A DNA stretch of 64,000 nucleotides from Nemertoderma westbladi (GCA_032718475.1 JAUCBJ010000505.1:92006-156005), one strand, 5' to 3'. Shown: positions 13,024-28,290, counted from the stretch's first letter. The notes: generated by a model from the letters alone, not told the origin. Numbers and translations are program-made.

Positions 13024-14289
13024 CTAGAAAGGCATTTCCTAAAGGAAATGCAACCACGAAGCTAAGGAAAATTAAACAAACGGCCACAATTTGGTTCGTT
13101 GCTTAGCCTAGTTTAGTAGCATTTGCCAATAAATAACTTCTATTCCCATGGAAACTAGAGTTCTCTGGAACTGTTGGTTTTACCTTTGAAAAAAGATTCA
13201 GTCCAGATTGTTTTTCAGATAACACATCAAGTTTCAGAAAATATTGTAGTTTATGTCCAAATTACAGATTTTCTATCAAAATGCATCTGTTTGCAGTGGT
13301 TGTCATGGAAACTGAAAAATAGAACAATGTAATTCGGATGCAGAATAAGTCATATAGTGGGGGTAGGTGTTGGTCCCAAGTCATAATACTGTTAAATTGT
13401 GCTTCAAATTATCATTTTATTAATTTTAACATCTGTTTACTCTTGTTGCTATGGTAAATAGATTTTCTAATTAACTTCGAACGGCTTGTATATGGACCTT
13501 ATAGATGAGTTGCAAAACCCCAAGTTTATATATATTACAGTTTTTCTCCAAATAGAGTTATGATTATAGACTTGAATGATATATAACTTTAAAAAAACTA
13601 CAGTTACCATGGTAACTAGATATTTCTGGAATGTTTTGAGTTTCACTAAAAGTTCCAACTAGTGGTCCAGATAACACATACCTAGTTTCGTAAAATTTTA
13701 TCGTGAAGTCTATGTACAAATGAATAATTTTCGTATAAAAACATCTGTTTTCAGCGGTTGTCAAGGTAACTGCAAAATAGAACAATCAAATTCGGACGCA
13801 GAATAAGTTATATAGTGGGGGTAGGGGTTGGTCCCAAGTCATCACACCTTAACCTTAGGCTTCAAATTAACATTTTAAAAATTTTAACATCTGTTTAGCC
13901 CGGTTGCCAAGGTAACTGGATTTTCTATTGAACCTCAGTCGGCTCTGCTATGGACCTTATAGTTGAGTTGAGAAACCCCAAGTTTATATGTATTATAGTT
14001 TTCCTACAAATAGAGTTACAAATATTGACTTGAAATACATAGACTTTTTTCTAAGTCCGTTGCCATGGAAACCAGATTTTTCCTGAATATGAGACCCATC
14101 CCACACGACGCGCCTTGATGAGTTGTATATACATGCAAAATTTCAGGGTACTTTTAAAGGCTAGTTTTTTCCCCGACCAAAAAACACTAAATCTGCCTCA
14201 CACAAGTAAAATAGCCCACTATGAATAGACCATCTCAGCTAAGGAAAATCTTTCTTAGCGAAAGTAGTTGATTTTCCTTAGCTTCGTGG
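13024..14289 (-). mobile_element. Non-autonomous Helitron/Helentron (HINE-like) element, copy 1
   Basis: On the minus strand it ends in CTAG after the hairpin gcatttcct-tt-aggaaatgc; subterminal inverted repeat ccacgaagctaaggaaaat / attttccttagcttcgtgg at the two ends plus an internal gctaaggaaaatc IR; internal repeated blocks. Confidence 0.72.
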
Positions 14290-14490
14290 ATTGTCTAATA
14301 ATTTAGAATTTCGAAGGTATAATGGTTTTCGAGGTCGCTCATCTAAATCGCTAAAACTTGTTACAAATATTTGTTGCTACTCTGCTTCTGCTCCCCCAGA
14401 ATGTTGTGTTTCGATGGATAATTCTGAAGCTATTGGGTCGAGGTCGCTGATCGCGATATATTTTATGGAAGTGTAAACATCTAATCTTTA

Positions 14491-16163
14491 CTAGAAAGGC
14501 ATTTCCTAAAGGAAATGCGACCACGAAGCTAAGGAAAATTAAACACACTTTGACTCATCAGTTCCTTGGTTCTAGTTAAAAGTCATATGTCTTAATTCAA
14601 CTCCCATCACCATGGCAACTGGAGTTTTCTAGAACTGCTCGGTTTTACACAGGAAGTTTCATTGAGTAGTTGATGTCCAAAATTAAAGATGTATTTTTGT
14701 TAAAACATCAGTTTGCAGTGGTTGTCTTGGAAACTGATAAATATAACAACGTTAATTGGATGCAGAATAAGTGATATAGTGGGGGTAGGGGTTGGTCCCA
14801 AGTCGTAATATCTTAATGTTATGGTTTAAATAACCATTTTATAAATTTGAACATCTGTTTAGCCTGGTTGCCCTGGTAACTAAATTTTCTAATTGACCTC
14901 AATAAGCGCAACTATTGTCCTTATCATCGAGTTGAAAAACTTCAAGTTTCGATCTATTATGGTTTTTGTACAAATAGAGTTAATAGTATAGACTTTCATG
15001 TAATAGATTTTAATAAACTCCAGTTACCATGGTAACTAGATATTTCTAGAAATTTTGAGTTTTTCAAAAACTTCCAAATAGTAGTCCAGATAACACATAC
15101 CCAGTTTCAGAGAATGTTATCGTTTAGTCTATGTACAAAATGAACAATTTTTGTGTCAAAACATCTGTTTTCAGCCATTGCCATGGAAACTGAAAAATAG
15201 AACAACGTAATTCGTATACAGAATAAGTCATGTGGTGGGGGTAGGTGTTGGTCCCAAGTCATAATACTATTAACTTGTGCTTCAAATTCATTTTATAAAT
15301 TTTTACATCTGTTTAGCCTGGTTGCCATGGTATCAGGATTTTTTAATTTACCTCAATCTGCTCGGTTATGGCCCTTATAGTTGAGTTGAGAAACTCCAAG
15401 TTTATATATATTGCGGTTTTTCTACAAATAGAGTTATGAATATAGACTGGAATGATATAGTCTTTATTAATATACAGTTACCAAGGTAACTATATATTTC
15501 TGGAATGATTTGAGTTTCACTAAAAGTTCCAACTAGTGGTCCAGATAACACATTCCCAGTTTCGTAAAGTTTTATCGCGAAGTCTATATCCAAATGAGTA
15601 ATTTTTGGATAAAAACATCTGTTTTCATCGGTTGTCATGGTAACTGCAAAATAAAACAATGAAATTCGGACGCAGAATAAATTATATAGTGGGGGTAGGG
15701 GTTGGTCCCAAGTCATAACACCTTGTTCTTAGGCTTCAAATTATCATTTTATAAATTTTAACATCTGTTTAGCCTGGTTGCAAAGGTAACTGGATTTTCT
15801 ATTTAACCTCAATCGGCTCTGCTATGGACCTTATAGTTGAGTTGAGAAACCCCAAGTTTATATCTATTATAGTTTCCCTACAAATAGAGTTTTAAATATT
15901 GACTTGAAATACAGAGACTTTTTTATAAGTCCGTTTCCATGGAAACCAGATTTTTCCTGGATATGAGACCCGGTCCAAAAGATGCGCCTCGACGAGTAGT
16001 ATATACATGCAAAATTTCAGGGTACTTTTAAAGGCTAGTTTTTTCACCGGTCAAAAAAAACCAAATCTGCTCCATACAAGTAAAATAGCCCACTATGAAT
16101 ACACCATCTCAGCTAAGGAAAATCTTTCTTAGCGAAAGTAGTTGATTTTCCTTAGCTTCGTGG
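14491..16163 (-). mobile_element. Non-autonomous Helitron/Helentron (HINE-like) element, copy 2
   Basis: Same termini as copy 1 (ctagaaaggcatttcctaaaggaaatgc ... ttttccttagcttcgtgg) with one more internal repeat block. Confidence 0.72.
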
Positions 16164-17361
16164 ACTCATCACTTCATTGCTTTACAGAGTTAAGAGGCAT
16201 ATGCCTTTAAAACTCATATTACCATGGCAACCGGAGTTTTCTAGAACTGCTGAGGTTTATATTAAGCTCCGGTTTGTGGTTCCAGGTGACACATACTTCA
16301 ATTCAGTTTCATTGAGTAGTTAATGTGTAAAACAAAGGATTTAATTGTTAAAACGTCTGTTTGTAGTGGTTGTCATGGAAACTGAAAAATGCGACAATTT
16401 AAATTGGATGCGGAATTAGTGATATAGTGGGGGTAGGGATTGGTCCCAAGTCGTAATACCTTAAATTTATGCTTCAAATAACAATTTTATAAATTTGAAC
16501 ATCTTTTTAGCATGGTAGCCGAGCCCTGGTAACTGGATTTTCTAATTAAACCTCAATCAGCTCGACTATTGTTCTTATCATTGAGATGAGAAACCCCAAG
16601 TTTATATCTATTGCGGTTATTCTATAAATAGAGTTATGAATATAAACTTGAATGATATAATCTGTAATAAACTCCAGTTACCATGGTAACTAAATTTCTG
16701 GAATGTTTTGAGTTTCACTAAAAGTTCCAACTAGTGGTCCAGATAACACATAACCAGTTTCGTAAAATTTTATCGCGAAGTCTACGTCCAAATGAGTAAT
16801 TTTTGAATTAAAACATCTGTTTTCAGCGGTTGTCATGGAAACTACAAAATAGAACAATGAAATTTGGACGCAGAATAAGTTATATAGTGGGGGTAGGGGT
16901 TGGTCCCAAGTCATAACATCTTAACCTTAAGCTTCAAATTAACATTTTATAAATTTTAACATCTGTTTAGCCCGGTTGCCAAGGTAACTGGATTTTCTAT
17001 TTAACCTCAATTGGCTCTGCTATGGAACTTATAGTTGAGTTGAGAAACCCCAAGTTTATATCTATTATAGTTTTCCTACAAATAGAGTTATAAATATTGA
17101 CTTGAAATACATAGACTTTTTTCTAAGTCCGTTGCCATGGAAACCAGATTTTTCCTGGATATGAGACCCGGCCTAAAAGATGCGTCTCGCCGAGTAGTAT
17201 ATACATGCAAAATTTCAGGGTACTTTTAAAGGCTAGTTTTTTCCGGAATCAAAAAAAACCAAATCTGCCTCACACAAGTAAAATAGCCCACTATGAATAG
17301 ACCATCTCAGCTAAGGAAAATCTTTCTTAGCGAAAGTAGTTGATTTTCCTTAGCTTCGTGG
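16164..17361 (-). mobile_element. Third tandem Helitron/Helentron-type unit lacking its own CTAG/hairpin end
   Basis: Abuts copy 2 directly; begins 'actcatca...' like the interior of copy 2 (about 14553) and ends with the same ...ttttccttagcttcgtgg terminus. Confidence 0.68.
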
Positions 17362-18397
17362 ATCAATTTGCACTACTTGTATTTTTCGTACAAATTTGGC
17401 ACATATTAAAAAGTACCACAATCAATCGGGAAATAAATTGTTTAGTGTCATATACGAATTCAGCTAAGCAGAAACCCAATAATGCCATCAAATCAGGTTC
17501 ATTTGTTATTGATTTATAATCATCAAAATATCGTGACCATAGAGCCAAAACAACACCAACCACACTTTGCTCTATCATACTTTGCCAGGAAAAACACCAT
17601 TCAATAGTCGAGGAATGACGTGAGTTCTTATGTTTCTGTGATAAAATCCTAGAGGTAAAACAACTCACACAGACTAGAGTTAATGTTAATGTTAATTTTC
17701 AGTATGTGTTGTTTTGTCTCTTTGGAAAATAACGAAAAAAACAGTTTCTTTCATTAACAAAATTTATTTTGAATGCTAGCCACTATTATAAAATGTATCA
17801 TTGTATCTTCCCAGACCTCTGTCGAAAAAATTAGGAGACGGGATCCATAGAGGGAAGTGAGTAGGTTTTTTGCATTTTTATAGAAACCACATTTTTTAGT
17901 GAGTGTTGTTCTGGCTCTTTGGTTACGATATGCTAATTGTATTTTTCGTGCCACTTCACTTTGGCACATGTCCAAAAATGCCCCAATGTATCGGATATGA
18001 TATGATATGAGTGTCCCATTCATGATCAGCATCCCGGAAAACCCCTAATGGCATCAAATCTATTTGATTTGGTGGTGATTTCCATTATCATATTTGGACT
18101 ACTTGTTTTTTTCGTGCCCTAAGAGGCACATTCAAAATTACCAAACATTTTCTCGAATGTTATATTTGAGTTCAATAATCGTGATCAGCATCTAAAAAAC
18201 CGCTGTGCACCACAAATAAAATAATTTAGGCGAGCCATTAAAACGTTTGAAAATTTTAGCTCAAAATACTGGAGATGGGTGCCCGAAAGGGACCACAGCA
18301 CGAAAATAAACATAGCTATGTTAATTTAAAGTTTAGGAAAAGTCACGAAATCTTGGTTTTTCCCACCAAATGAATTACAAAAAATATTCTCTAATGA

Positions 18398-18445
18398 CCC
18401 CCCCCCCCCCCCCACCCCCCCCACCCCCGAGCCAAATAGGGTTAA
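18398..18445. mobile_element. Possible piggyBac-like (TTAA-flanked) MITE right terminus
   Basis: poly-C tract followed by gagccaaataggg|ttaa; a poly-G tract at about 12916-12939 may be the degraded left end, but no left TTAA/TIR is visible. Confidence 0.35.
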
Positions 18446-19083
18446 AGGTTTCAAAAACCTATAAACCAAAAGTTTCGTTTTTAGACTCAAACCTAAAAAC
18501 CTTCGTTTGCAGACAACCTAAGGATTCCGTTACCGAATCCGATACCCTAGTGCCGTTAATGGAAAGGATCAGTTTACAGTAACATGTTATTCCAACCAAA
18601 ACAATAAATGAGAGTCAATATTACATGTTACTGTTTAATTTTTGTGATAATGTAAATGTATATATCCATAATGTGATTAATGTGTGATCGGCCGGAACCG
18701 GAATCAGGCAAAAACCACCGGAATTCCGGTCGGAACGGAATTCCGGGACATCCCCAATCATATTGAAATAACAGACAAAAGTAAATGTATCAGTTTCCAG
18801 TGAGTTTTAGTTATCTTTAGCTACATTTATAACATTATTTACAAAATTGTCGCCATCAAAATATAACATTGAAACTCGCGAGTCGCGACGCAGCAAATTA
18901 TTCGATTATGATAATAATTAGGGTAATTAGATAGAGCTACTGCTAGGGGACTGATGCGGGTACTAGAATGGAGGACAACGCTGGACTGGAGTCGCCAATT
19001 AAATTTATATAATTAGACTTGGTCTACAAACGATTCACAAAGACCAATAGGGAAGGTTAAATATTTAATGGCAATGTATAGTG

Positions 19084-21318
<2,235 letters not shown>

Positions 21319-21878
21319 CTAGGACAAATACAAAACAATAGGCTTCCAGAAAGGTACCGGTATGTTTAAACGGGATTAAACTTTCCGGGATTACCACTTT
21401 TGGGATACCGATTTTCACGAATGGGTTTTAAAATTAGTAATACATTTGAATTCAATGAATTTGAATACATTTCTCAAAACGTTTTCACATTTATATAAAT
21501 AAGAAAGAGATTTTGAGCAACTTTATAAAATCACAAATGATAATAAATTTAATTTAGAGTTAATTAATATTAATTTATAGTTATTACTGGATGATTAATG
21601 ACCCTGACGCTGACATATATTTAATATATTAAACTAACTTACTTAATTATGTACCTCGAAATCCCCTCGCCACAAAGTCCAACCAAAAGTGGGCATTTTG
21701 GGTCGGAGGGAAATTTGCGGTAAATTTTTTTGAGGCATAGAAATTATTATTTCGAATAGGTTATTTATATAAGTTTACAGGAAGGTAAACGGTAGATGTT
21801 GTAAAACCAACAAACACTAAAAAACTATAGCTGACGAAAGTCGGCTGAGCGGCTGGTATCGGCCCAGATGTGAAGTAC

Positions 21879-23009
21879 TACTACTACTAGGATCGGCATG
21901 CTGCATTGCAGCTGCATTTTTAAGAATGCTGTGCCGGCTTGTCAACAAAATTGCACCGCCACAACTCCCTATCACCCATGACATTTGCTAGATCATCCGC
22001 ATCTTTAAGGCCAGTGTCCTTTAAGATGCGTCTCAAGAAAGTCATGGGCTGTCCACCATGCTTATTCACTCCATGAGGCTGCCAAAGTACAAGATTATGC
22101 ACTGGCTGGTCCTCACGGCGAAAGCAATGTCCTGCAAAGCGGAGGCGATTTTGTTCTAGTGTCAAGCTTGGGGGAACCAATGAGACACCTCCAATGTTAT
22201 ATAGTGTCTGGTTGGAGATGTGTGCATTGTACTTGACACAATGAACCCGGCGTAGCATTCTTGTGAATGTGCCATCCAGAGATTTGGTGTCCTCAGCAGT
22301 TAGAGCCCAGCATGGACTCCCATAGAGGAGTACTGGAACTACTGCTGCTCTAAATAATCGGACCTTAAGTTTCCGATTAATTCTCGGTGACTTCCAAATC
22401 CTGGAAAGCCTATTCAAGGCTGCCCATGCCTTTCCCTTACGTATTCGAAGGTCCTCACCTGACTTCCGGATCCATGATCCCAGGTAACAGAAGTCGTCCA
22501 CATGCTCAAGCATACCATCCTTTGAGCTTATGCTCATCCGATCAGAGACTTGCTGAGGACTTTCAAAGTTAACTGTCAAAATTTTGGTCTTTCTGGAGTT
22601 AATAAAAAGACCAACACTAGAAGCAGCATGTTCTAATGAGCTGAGGAGCTGTTGGGCTCCCTCTAATGATTCTGAGAGTACTCCTAAGTCATCAGCAAAG
22701 TCTAGATCAGTTAGGTACTTGGCAGGATTTCCTCGACTTCTGGAGCCAGTAGGTGGAGTTATCATCACACCATCATCATTATGATGATCTAAGGACATGC
22801 GTAGAACATAGTCAACCACAATAATGAACAAGAATGGTGCAAGTGTGTCTCCCTGGAGGACGCCCCATAACACTTCAAATGGTTCTGTGTCACCATCAAC
22901 AGTAGACACAAATGTTGTCGAACCATCGTATACTGATCTGTTTGCTGCAATAATTTCATCAGGAATCCCATATAATGAAAGTATGTTGAACATACGTGAG
23001 CGAGAGACT
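21879..23009 (-). mobile_element. 5'-truncated RTE LINE in PKN intron, with open RT C-terminal frame
   Basis: 'GVLQGDTLAPFLF', 'DLDFADD'; (AGT)n tail; 11-bp TSD atgtgaagtac at 21868-21878 and 23010-23020. Confidence 0.93.
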
Positions 23010-23515
23010 ATGTGAAGTACAGAGGGGGTTTCTCTGGGATTCACACCAAAAACTTGCGCCAGGATTATGGGCCAGTGAGTTGTGTACGTCTCAACTACAA
23101 TCTCTCGCCGACATCTCTAGAACCCTTTACTAAAACTACCTCCATAAATAACTATTGATCGGCAGCTCTCAGCGACTACTACACAGACTTTTCGGGATTT
23201 CCGGGATCGGATCGGGATTATCTCTCTCGGGATCCCATTTTGGGATCGGGATTGTAATTTTTGATTAAATTCCTTAAAGTTATTAGTATAAGTGGCGGGT
23301 TTTGGGTAGCACTCACTTTATCTTACACTTCTGAAATATCAGTAAGATAAAGTTCTATTAAAATTATTTTGCAATTGATTACTGGATGGACTGACATAAA
23401 AATCCGATATAAACAAAACATTTCCTTTCAGCTGGAACTATTTATCGGATATTCAACATATTTACTTCACTATTTATACTTCGAGATCCCGTTCCAAAAT
23501 AACGAATCGGGACCA

Positions 23516-23757
23516 TGTTGGAAATATTTTATTATTGGTTCGTCAAGTACTCTGCCAAACTGTATTGCACAATATAGTTCTGTTTTGTAATATCTCTATG
23601 TATATTGGTGATGGGCGTTTGTTTGTCTTCTAAACTCAAATGGACTATCAGCTGTTAATGTAACTTACTGTACGATATATTATTTCTAGTTTGAAAAGCG
23701 ATTTTATGTTTTGATTAAAAGGTTGTTTGAGACACAGTTATAAATTGTTTTCTAATA
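23516..23757 (+). repeat. Copia 5' LTR (TG...TA ends)
   Basis: Direct repeat of 28049-28290. Confidence 0.95.
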
Positions 23758-23771
23758 GGTTATGGGCCCAG
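23758..23771 (+). promoter_or_regulatory. Copia primer-binding site GGTTATGGGCCCAG (half-tRNA-iMet type)
   Basis: Immediately follows the 5' LTR; same PBS type as Drosophila copia, which primes from an internal fragment of initiator tRNA-Met. Confidence 0.85.
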
Positions 23772-23920
23772 GACGTTTAATTACAACATGTACTAACCGA
23801 CCTCTGTTGTAAGGGTAATATGATGTGAACTGTGTTTGTCGTACTGTGTATTACAATGTACTGTATAACTTTTATTGAGAATTGAGAGTAAATTTATGTT
23901 GAGTAATATAGCTTGTGAGG

Positions 23921-26900
23921 ATGTCCAGTGAATATAAAGTTGGTTTACGTACTGATAAATTTACAGGACAAAACTGGTTTATGTGGAAGCATAAAATGCA
24001 AATGGTACTGATTTCAATGGATCTGTGGGATGTTGTAAATGGTAGTGAACCCGCTCCACAAGCAGCAGGCGATGCGTTTCAAAAATGGTTGAAGAAAGAT
24101 CAGAAAGCTCGCGCAGAAATTAGTTTGCATCTTGCCGATTCACAATTACCTCTAGTGATGGGGAAACCATCTGCATTAGACGCGTGGAATGGATTGAAGA
24201 CTCAGTTCGAAATGCAAACGATGCAAAATATAATTTATTATAAAAGAAAGTATAGAGACGCTGTTATGCAAGAAGGCGACGATATGATGAGTCATATCAA
24301 TAAGCATCAGGAATTGACGGCTCAACTGGATGCTATTGGAGCAAATGTGCCGGAAAAAGAGCAAATATGGGAATTACTGCTTAGTTTACCAAGATCGTAC
24401 GAAATGCTGGTAAGCACATTAGAAATGTCTAATGATCTATCTATAGAATTTCTGCGACAAAAATTATTAATGGAAGAACAAAAAAAGAAAGAAACACATA
24501 AATTTGATTCAAACGAAAATGATGCTTTATTTGCCAATGCTGCTTCAGGTAATTATCAAGGTAGAGGTCGTGCGTCATGGAACAGAGGACTTCACGGTGG
24601 TATTGCTAGAGGAAGAGGTAGCAGCTGGCCTAGAAATGCAGGTAATTCTAATAATAATAATAATAGTTACAGTGCTAGGAACAGCTTCGGCCAATCGCCA
24701 AGGTGTTTCAATTGTGGTACATATGGGCATATAGCTAGATACTGCACACGCCCAGATAATAATGTTACGAGTACGAACAGTAGAGGAAGTTCTGGTTTAT
24801 CAAACCAAGGTGCTAATGTAGTTCGATTAGAAAACGATGAGAATGATTTTACCTTTTGGTGTTTATCGAGCAATGGAATATCTCACAAAAATGATAATAG
24901 TAGTAAATGGTTTATAGATTCAGGAGCTACGCAACATATGTGCTGTAAACGTGATAATTTTCATGAATACGTTGAATTACAAAATCCCAGTGTCATTCAT
25001 TTAGCTAATAATGAAACTGTTGAAGCTTTGGGTATTGGAATGGTTAAATGGAACAATTTAAATGATGCATTTATGATTAAAAGATGTCAATTTGAGAATG
25101 TTTTATTTGTTCCGAGTTTGTGTCAAAATTTATTATCAGTGAAGAAAATAACAAATCATGATTGCCAAGTCGTGTTTAGTGAGAACATGTGTAATGTATT
25201 TAGCGAACAAAGCAATAAATTGTTAATCACTGCAAAAATTCCCGAGAATGGTAATCAATATGAGCTTGAAGGCCACGTAAATAAAGAGAAACATGAGGTA
25301 AATTTTGCTCAATCTGAATCAAACATAGATTTGTGGCATTGTCGCCTTGGACATGTCAATGAACAAACATTAAGAAAAATGTTTAATGATGAACTTGTAC
25401 ATGGAATTGACTTAAATACGAAAGATCAGTTGAAATTTTGTGAAGGATGTGTTTTGGGAAAACAATCCAGAAATGAATTTCCAAAGGAAAGTAGCTCTAA
25501 ATCCGATTGTGTTCTACAACTTGTTCATTCTGACGTATGCGGTCCCATGTCTGAAGTATCATTAGGTGGGAATCGATACTTTGTGACATTTATCGATGAT
25601 AAATCTCGATTTTGTGCGGTATATTTTATGAAGGCCAAAAGCGAAGTGATAGACAAGTTTCTGGAATATAAACATATGGCAGAGAGACAAACAGGAAAAC
25701 TAATTAAAAAACTACGCTTTGACAACGGAACAGAGTACGTCAATGATGCATTCAAAAATTATTTTAAGGAAAAAGGCATATTAAGACAGATGACTGTTTG
25801 TTACTCACCACAACAGAACGGAATAGCTGAGAGAAAAAATCGAACTTTGGTTGAAAGTGGGAGAGCAATTTTACAATATGCTAAACTACCTATTTCATTT
25901 TGGGCAGAAGCCGTTCTAACTTCTGCGTTTATAAACAATCGCTGTTCAACCAAAGCCGTTTGTTCTAAAGTACCATATGAATGTTTTTATGGAGTTAAAC
26001 CATCAGTAGCTGAGTTTAAAGTGTTTGGGTGTGACGCATGGGTTCATGTTCCAGACGAAAAAAGGAAGAAATGGGATGCTAAAAGTGTCAAACATGTGTT
26101 CGTTGGATATGATTGTGAAAGGAAGGGATATCGAGTATATAATAAGGATACAAAAAAGGTATCAACAAGTCGTGATATTAAGTTTAATGAATTAAGTTTC
26201 GATGGACGTATTAGTCATAGTACAAGTGACATTATCAATGAGTGTGATGAAGTGATCAATGTGGATAATGATGTGGAAAATATCATTAAGAGTGAACCTA
26301 TTGTAGCTAAGGGGACAACCATAAATGACAAAGTCCATGATGATGAATCGGCTGAATCGTCTATAAGAAAATCTACACGCATAAAAAGACAACCAGATAG
26401 ATATGGGGATTGGATAGAAGGTGAGAATCTCGAGAATATGGTTTTCTCTGTGTCAGGAGAAACGCCAAAGACAGTAAATGAAGTACTCAATAGTGTGAAC
26501 AGTGAAAAGTGGAAATTGGCTCTTGAAACGGAATATAACTCGTTGATAAAGAATGACACGTGGAAATTAGTTGAATTGCCAGAAGGAAGAAATGCTGTGG
26601 GTTGTAAATGGGTTTTTAAAGAGAAAACAGGTTGTGATGGTCAAATTGAACGATATAAAGCTCGTCTCGTTGCTCAGGGGTACTCACAATTACCCAATAT
26701 TGACTACCAAGAAACTTTTGCTCCTGTTGTTCGTTACACATCTGTTCGTACTATTCTATCTTTAGCCAATGAACTTGACTTGGAAGTTCATCATATGGAT
26801 GTTGAAACGGCATTTCTCAATGGAGTTTTAGAGGAAGAAATTTACATGAGACAACCTGAACATTTTATTCTCAAAGGAGATGAACATTTAGTGTGTAAAT

Positions 26901-28000
26901 TAGAGAAAAGCATATATGGCTTAAAGCAGGCATCTCGTTGTTGGAATAAAGCAATGCATGACAATCTGGTTGATAATGGCTACATGCAATCGCATGCAGA
27001 TCCATGTATTTATATAAAACGAGAAGGTAATAACTTTCTAATATTGGCGTTATATGTAGATGACTTACTGCTTTGCTCCAATTCCATGATTATGTTGAAG
27101 GAAGAAAAATTAGCAATTTCAGAGCGATTTAATACAAAAGATTTAGGTGAAGTACGTTACTGCTTGGGAATCAAGATAGAAAGAGATCGCGATAATCGAA
27201 AATTAAAATTAAATCAGCAAGCATATCTTGAAGATCTCTTAAATAAGTTTGGAATGCAAGACTGTAATACTGTCTCAACACCGTTTGATGCCAATTCAAA
27301 TTTGTCACTTAATGAAGGGGAGTCAGTTAATCAGAAGAGTTATCAAGCGGCTATAGGAGGGCTGACATATGCTGTTTGTGCTACAAGACCGGACTTGGCT
27401 GCAGCACTAAGTAATGTTAATCAATTCAGTTCTAATCCAGGCGAGGAACACTGGAAAGCGGTGAAGAGAATATTCAGATACATTAAAGGAACGATGGATG
27501 TCGGCATTGAATATGTTGCTGATCAATCTAACAACCGTGTTCAATTAGTTGGATATGTAGATGCTGATTGGGGAAGAAACTATGATAGAAAATCTATATC
27601 TGGATATTTGTTCTTTGTGAACGATTCACTTATTTCATGGGCGTGTAAAAAACAAACACTTGTGGCTCAGAGTACAACGGAGGCAGAGTATATTGCTGCT
27701 AGTGTCGCCACCAGGGAGTTAGTGTGGTTAAGAACTTTATTGGGGGATTTAGGCATTGACCAAAATGGGAGCACTACGTTATTCGAGGATAACAATGGGT
27801 GTATTGCGTTATCGGAAAATCCACGTTTTCATGGAAGAACTAAGCATATAGAAATTAAATATCATTACATTCGAGACATGGTTAATAAGAAGATTGTTGT
27901 TCTAAAACATTGCCCAACTGAACATATGATCGCAGACATTATGACCAAACCACTATTCAAAGAAAAATTTTTAAAATTCAGAACAAAAATGATGGGTTAA
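23921..28000 (+). CDS. Copia Gag-Pol polyprotein (Gag, CCHC knuckle, protease, integrase, RT, RNase H)
   Basis: 'CFNCGTYGHIARYC', protease 'WFIDSGAT', 'WHCRLGH', integrase 'HSDVCGP...DNGTEY...PQQNGIAE', RT 'YKARLVAQG', 'LYVDD', RNase H 'DADW', 'EDN', 'MIADIMTK'; integrase precedes RT (Copia order). Confidence 0.97.
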   Translation: MSSEYKVGLRTDKFTGQNWFMWKHKMQMVLISMDLWDVVNGSEPAPQAAGDAFQKWLKKDQKARAEISLHLADSQLPLVMGKPSALDAWNGLKTQFEMQTMQNIIYYKRKYRDAVMQEGDDMMSHINKHQELTAQLDAIGANVPEKEQIWELLLSLPRSYEMLVSTLEMSNDLSIEFLRQKLLMEEQKKKETHKFDSNENDALFANAASGNYQGRGRASWNRGLHGGIARGRGSSWPRNAGNSNNNNNSYSARNSFGQSPRCFNCGTYGHIARYCTRPDNNVTSTNSRGSSGLSNQGANVVRLENDENDFTFWCLSSNGISHKNDNSSKWFIDSGATQHMCCKRDNFHEYVELQNPSVIHLANNETVEALGIGMVKWNNLNDAFMIKRCQFENVLFVPSLCQNLLSVKKITNHDCQVVFSENMCNVFSEQSNKLLITAKIPENGNQYELEGHVNKEKHEVNFAQSESNIDLWHCRLGHVNEQTLRKMFNDELVHGIDLNTKDQLKFCEGCVLGKQSRNEFPKESSSKSDCVLQLVHSDVCGPMSEVSLGGNRYFVTFIDDKSRFCAVYFMKAKSEVIDKFLEYKHMAERQTGKLIKKLRFDNGTEYVNDAFKNYFKEKGILRQMTVCYSPQQNGIAERKNRTLVESGRAILQYAKLPISFWAEAVLTSAFINNRCSTKAVCSKVPYECFYGVKPSVAEFKVFGCDAWVHVPDEKRKKWDAKSVKHVFVGYDCERKGYRVYNKDTKKVSTSRDIKFNELSFDGRISHSTSDIINECDEVINVDNDVENIIKSEPIVAKGTTINDKVHDDESAESSIRKSTRIKRQPDRYGDWIEGENLENMVFSVSGETPKTVNEVLNSVNSEKWKLALETEYNSLIKNDTWKLVELPEGRNAVGCKWVFKEKTGCDGQIERYKARLVAQGYSQLPNIDYQETFAPVVRYTSVRTILSLANELDLEVHHMDVETAFLNGVLEEEIYMRQPEHFILKGDEHLVCKLEKSIYGLKQASRCWNKAMHDNLVDNGYMQSHADPCIYIKREGNNFLILALYVDDLLLCSNSMIMLKEEKLAISERFNTKDLGEVRYCLGIKIERDRDNRKLKLNQQAYLEDLLNKFGMQDCNTVSTPFDANSNLSLNEGESVNQKSYQAAIGGLTYAVCATRPDLAAALSNVNQFSSNPGEEHWKAVKRIFRYIKGTMDVGIEYVADQSNNRVQLVGYVDADWGRNYDRKSISGYLFFVNDSLISWACKKQTLVAQSTTEAEYIAASVATRELVWLRTLLGDLGIDQNGSTTLFEDNNGCIALSENPRFHGRTKHIEIKYHYIRDMVNKKIVVLKHCPTEHMIADIMTKPLFKEKFLKFRTKMMG

Positions 28001-28048
28001 ATTTCATCTCAGATCTCAAGATAAACTGACGTACTTGACGAGGGGAAG

Positions 28049-28290
28049 TGTTGGAAATATTTTATTATTGGTTCGTCAAGTACTCTGCCAAACTGTATTG
28101 CACAATATAGTTCTGTTTTGTAATATCTCTATGTATATTGGTGATGGGCGTTTGTTTGTCTTCTAAACTCAAATGGACTATCAGCTGTTAATGTAACTTA
28201 CTGTACGATATATTATTTCTAGTTTGAAAAGCGATTTTATGTTTTGATTAAAAGGTTGTTTGAGACACAGTTATAAATTGTTTTCTAATA
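28049..28290 (+). repeat. Copia 3' LTR, preceded by polypurine tract gaggggaag (28040-28048)
   Basis: Direct repeat of 23516-23757. Confidence 0.95.

Larger units (their letters stand above)
12694..18756. mobile_element. Non-autonomous hAT-type DNA transposon carrying nested insertions
   Basis: TIRs tacggatgtcccggaat / attccgggacatcccca; 8-bp TSD atcatatt at 12686-12693 and 18757-18764; subterminal ccggaa repeats at both ends. Confidence 0.85.
23516..28290 (+). mobile_element. Intact full-length Ty1/Copia LTR retrotransposon in PKN intron
   Basis: 242-bp LTRs at 23516-23757 and 28049-28290, identical by eye; 5-bp TSD gacca (23511-23515, 28291-28295); PBS, PPT and a single intact polyprotein ORF. 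Confidence 0.97.

Noticed and set aside
21831-21880. CTGACGA as a hammerhead ribozyme core
   Set aside because: No correctly placed GAAA or stems II/III could be built.
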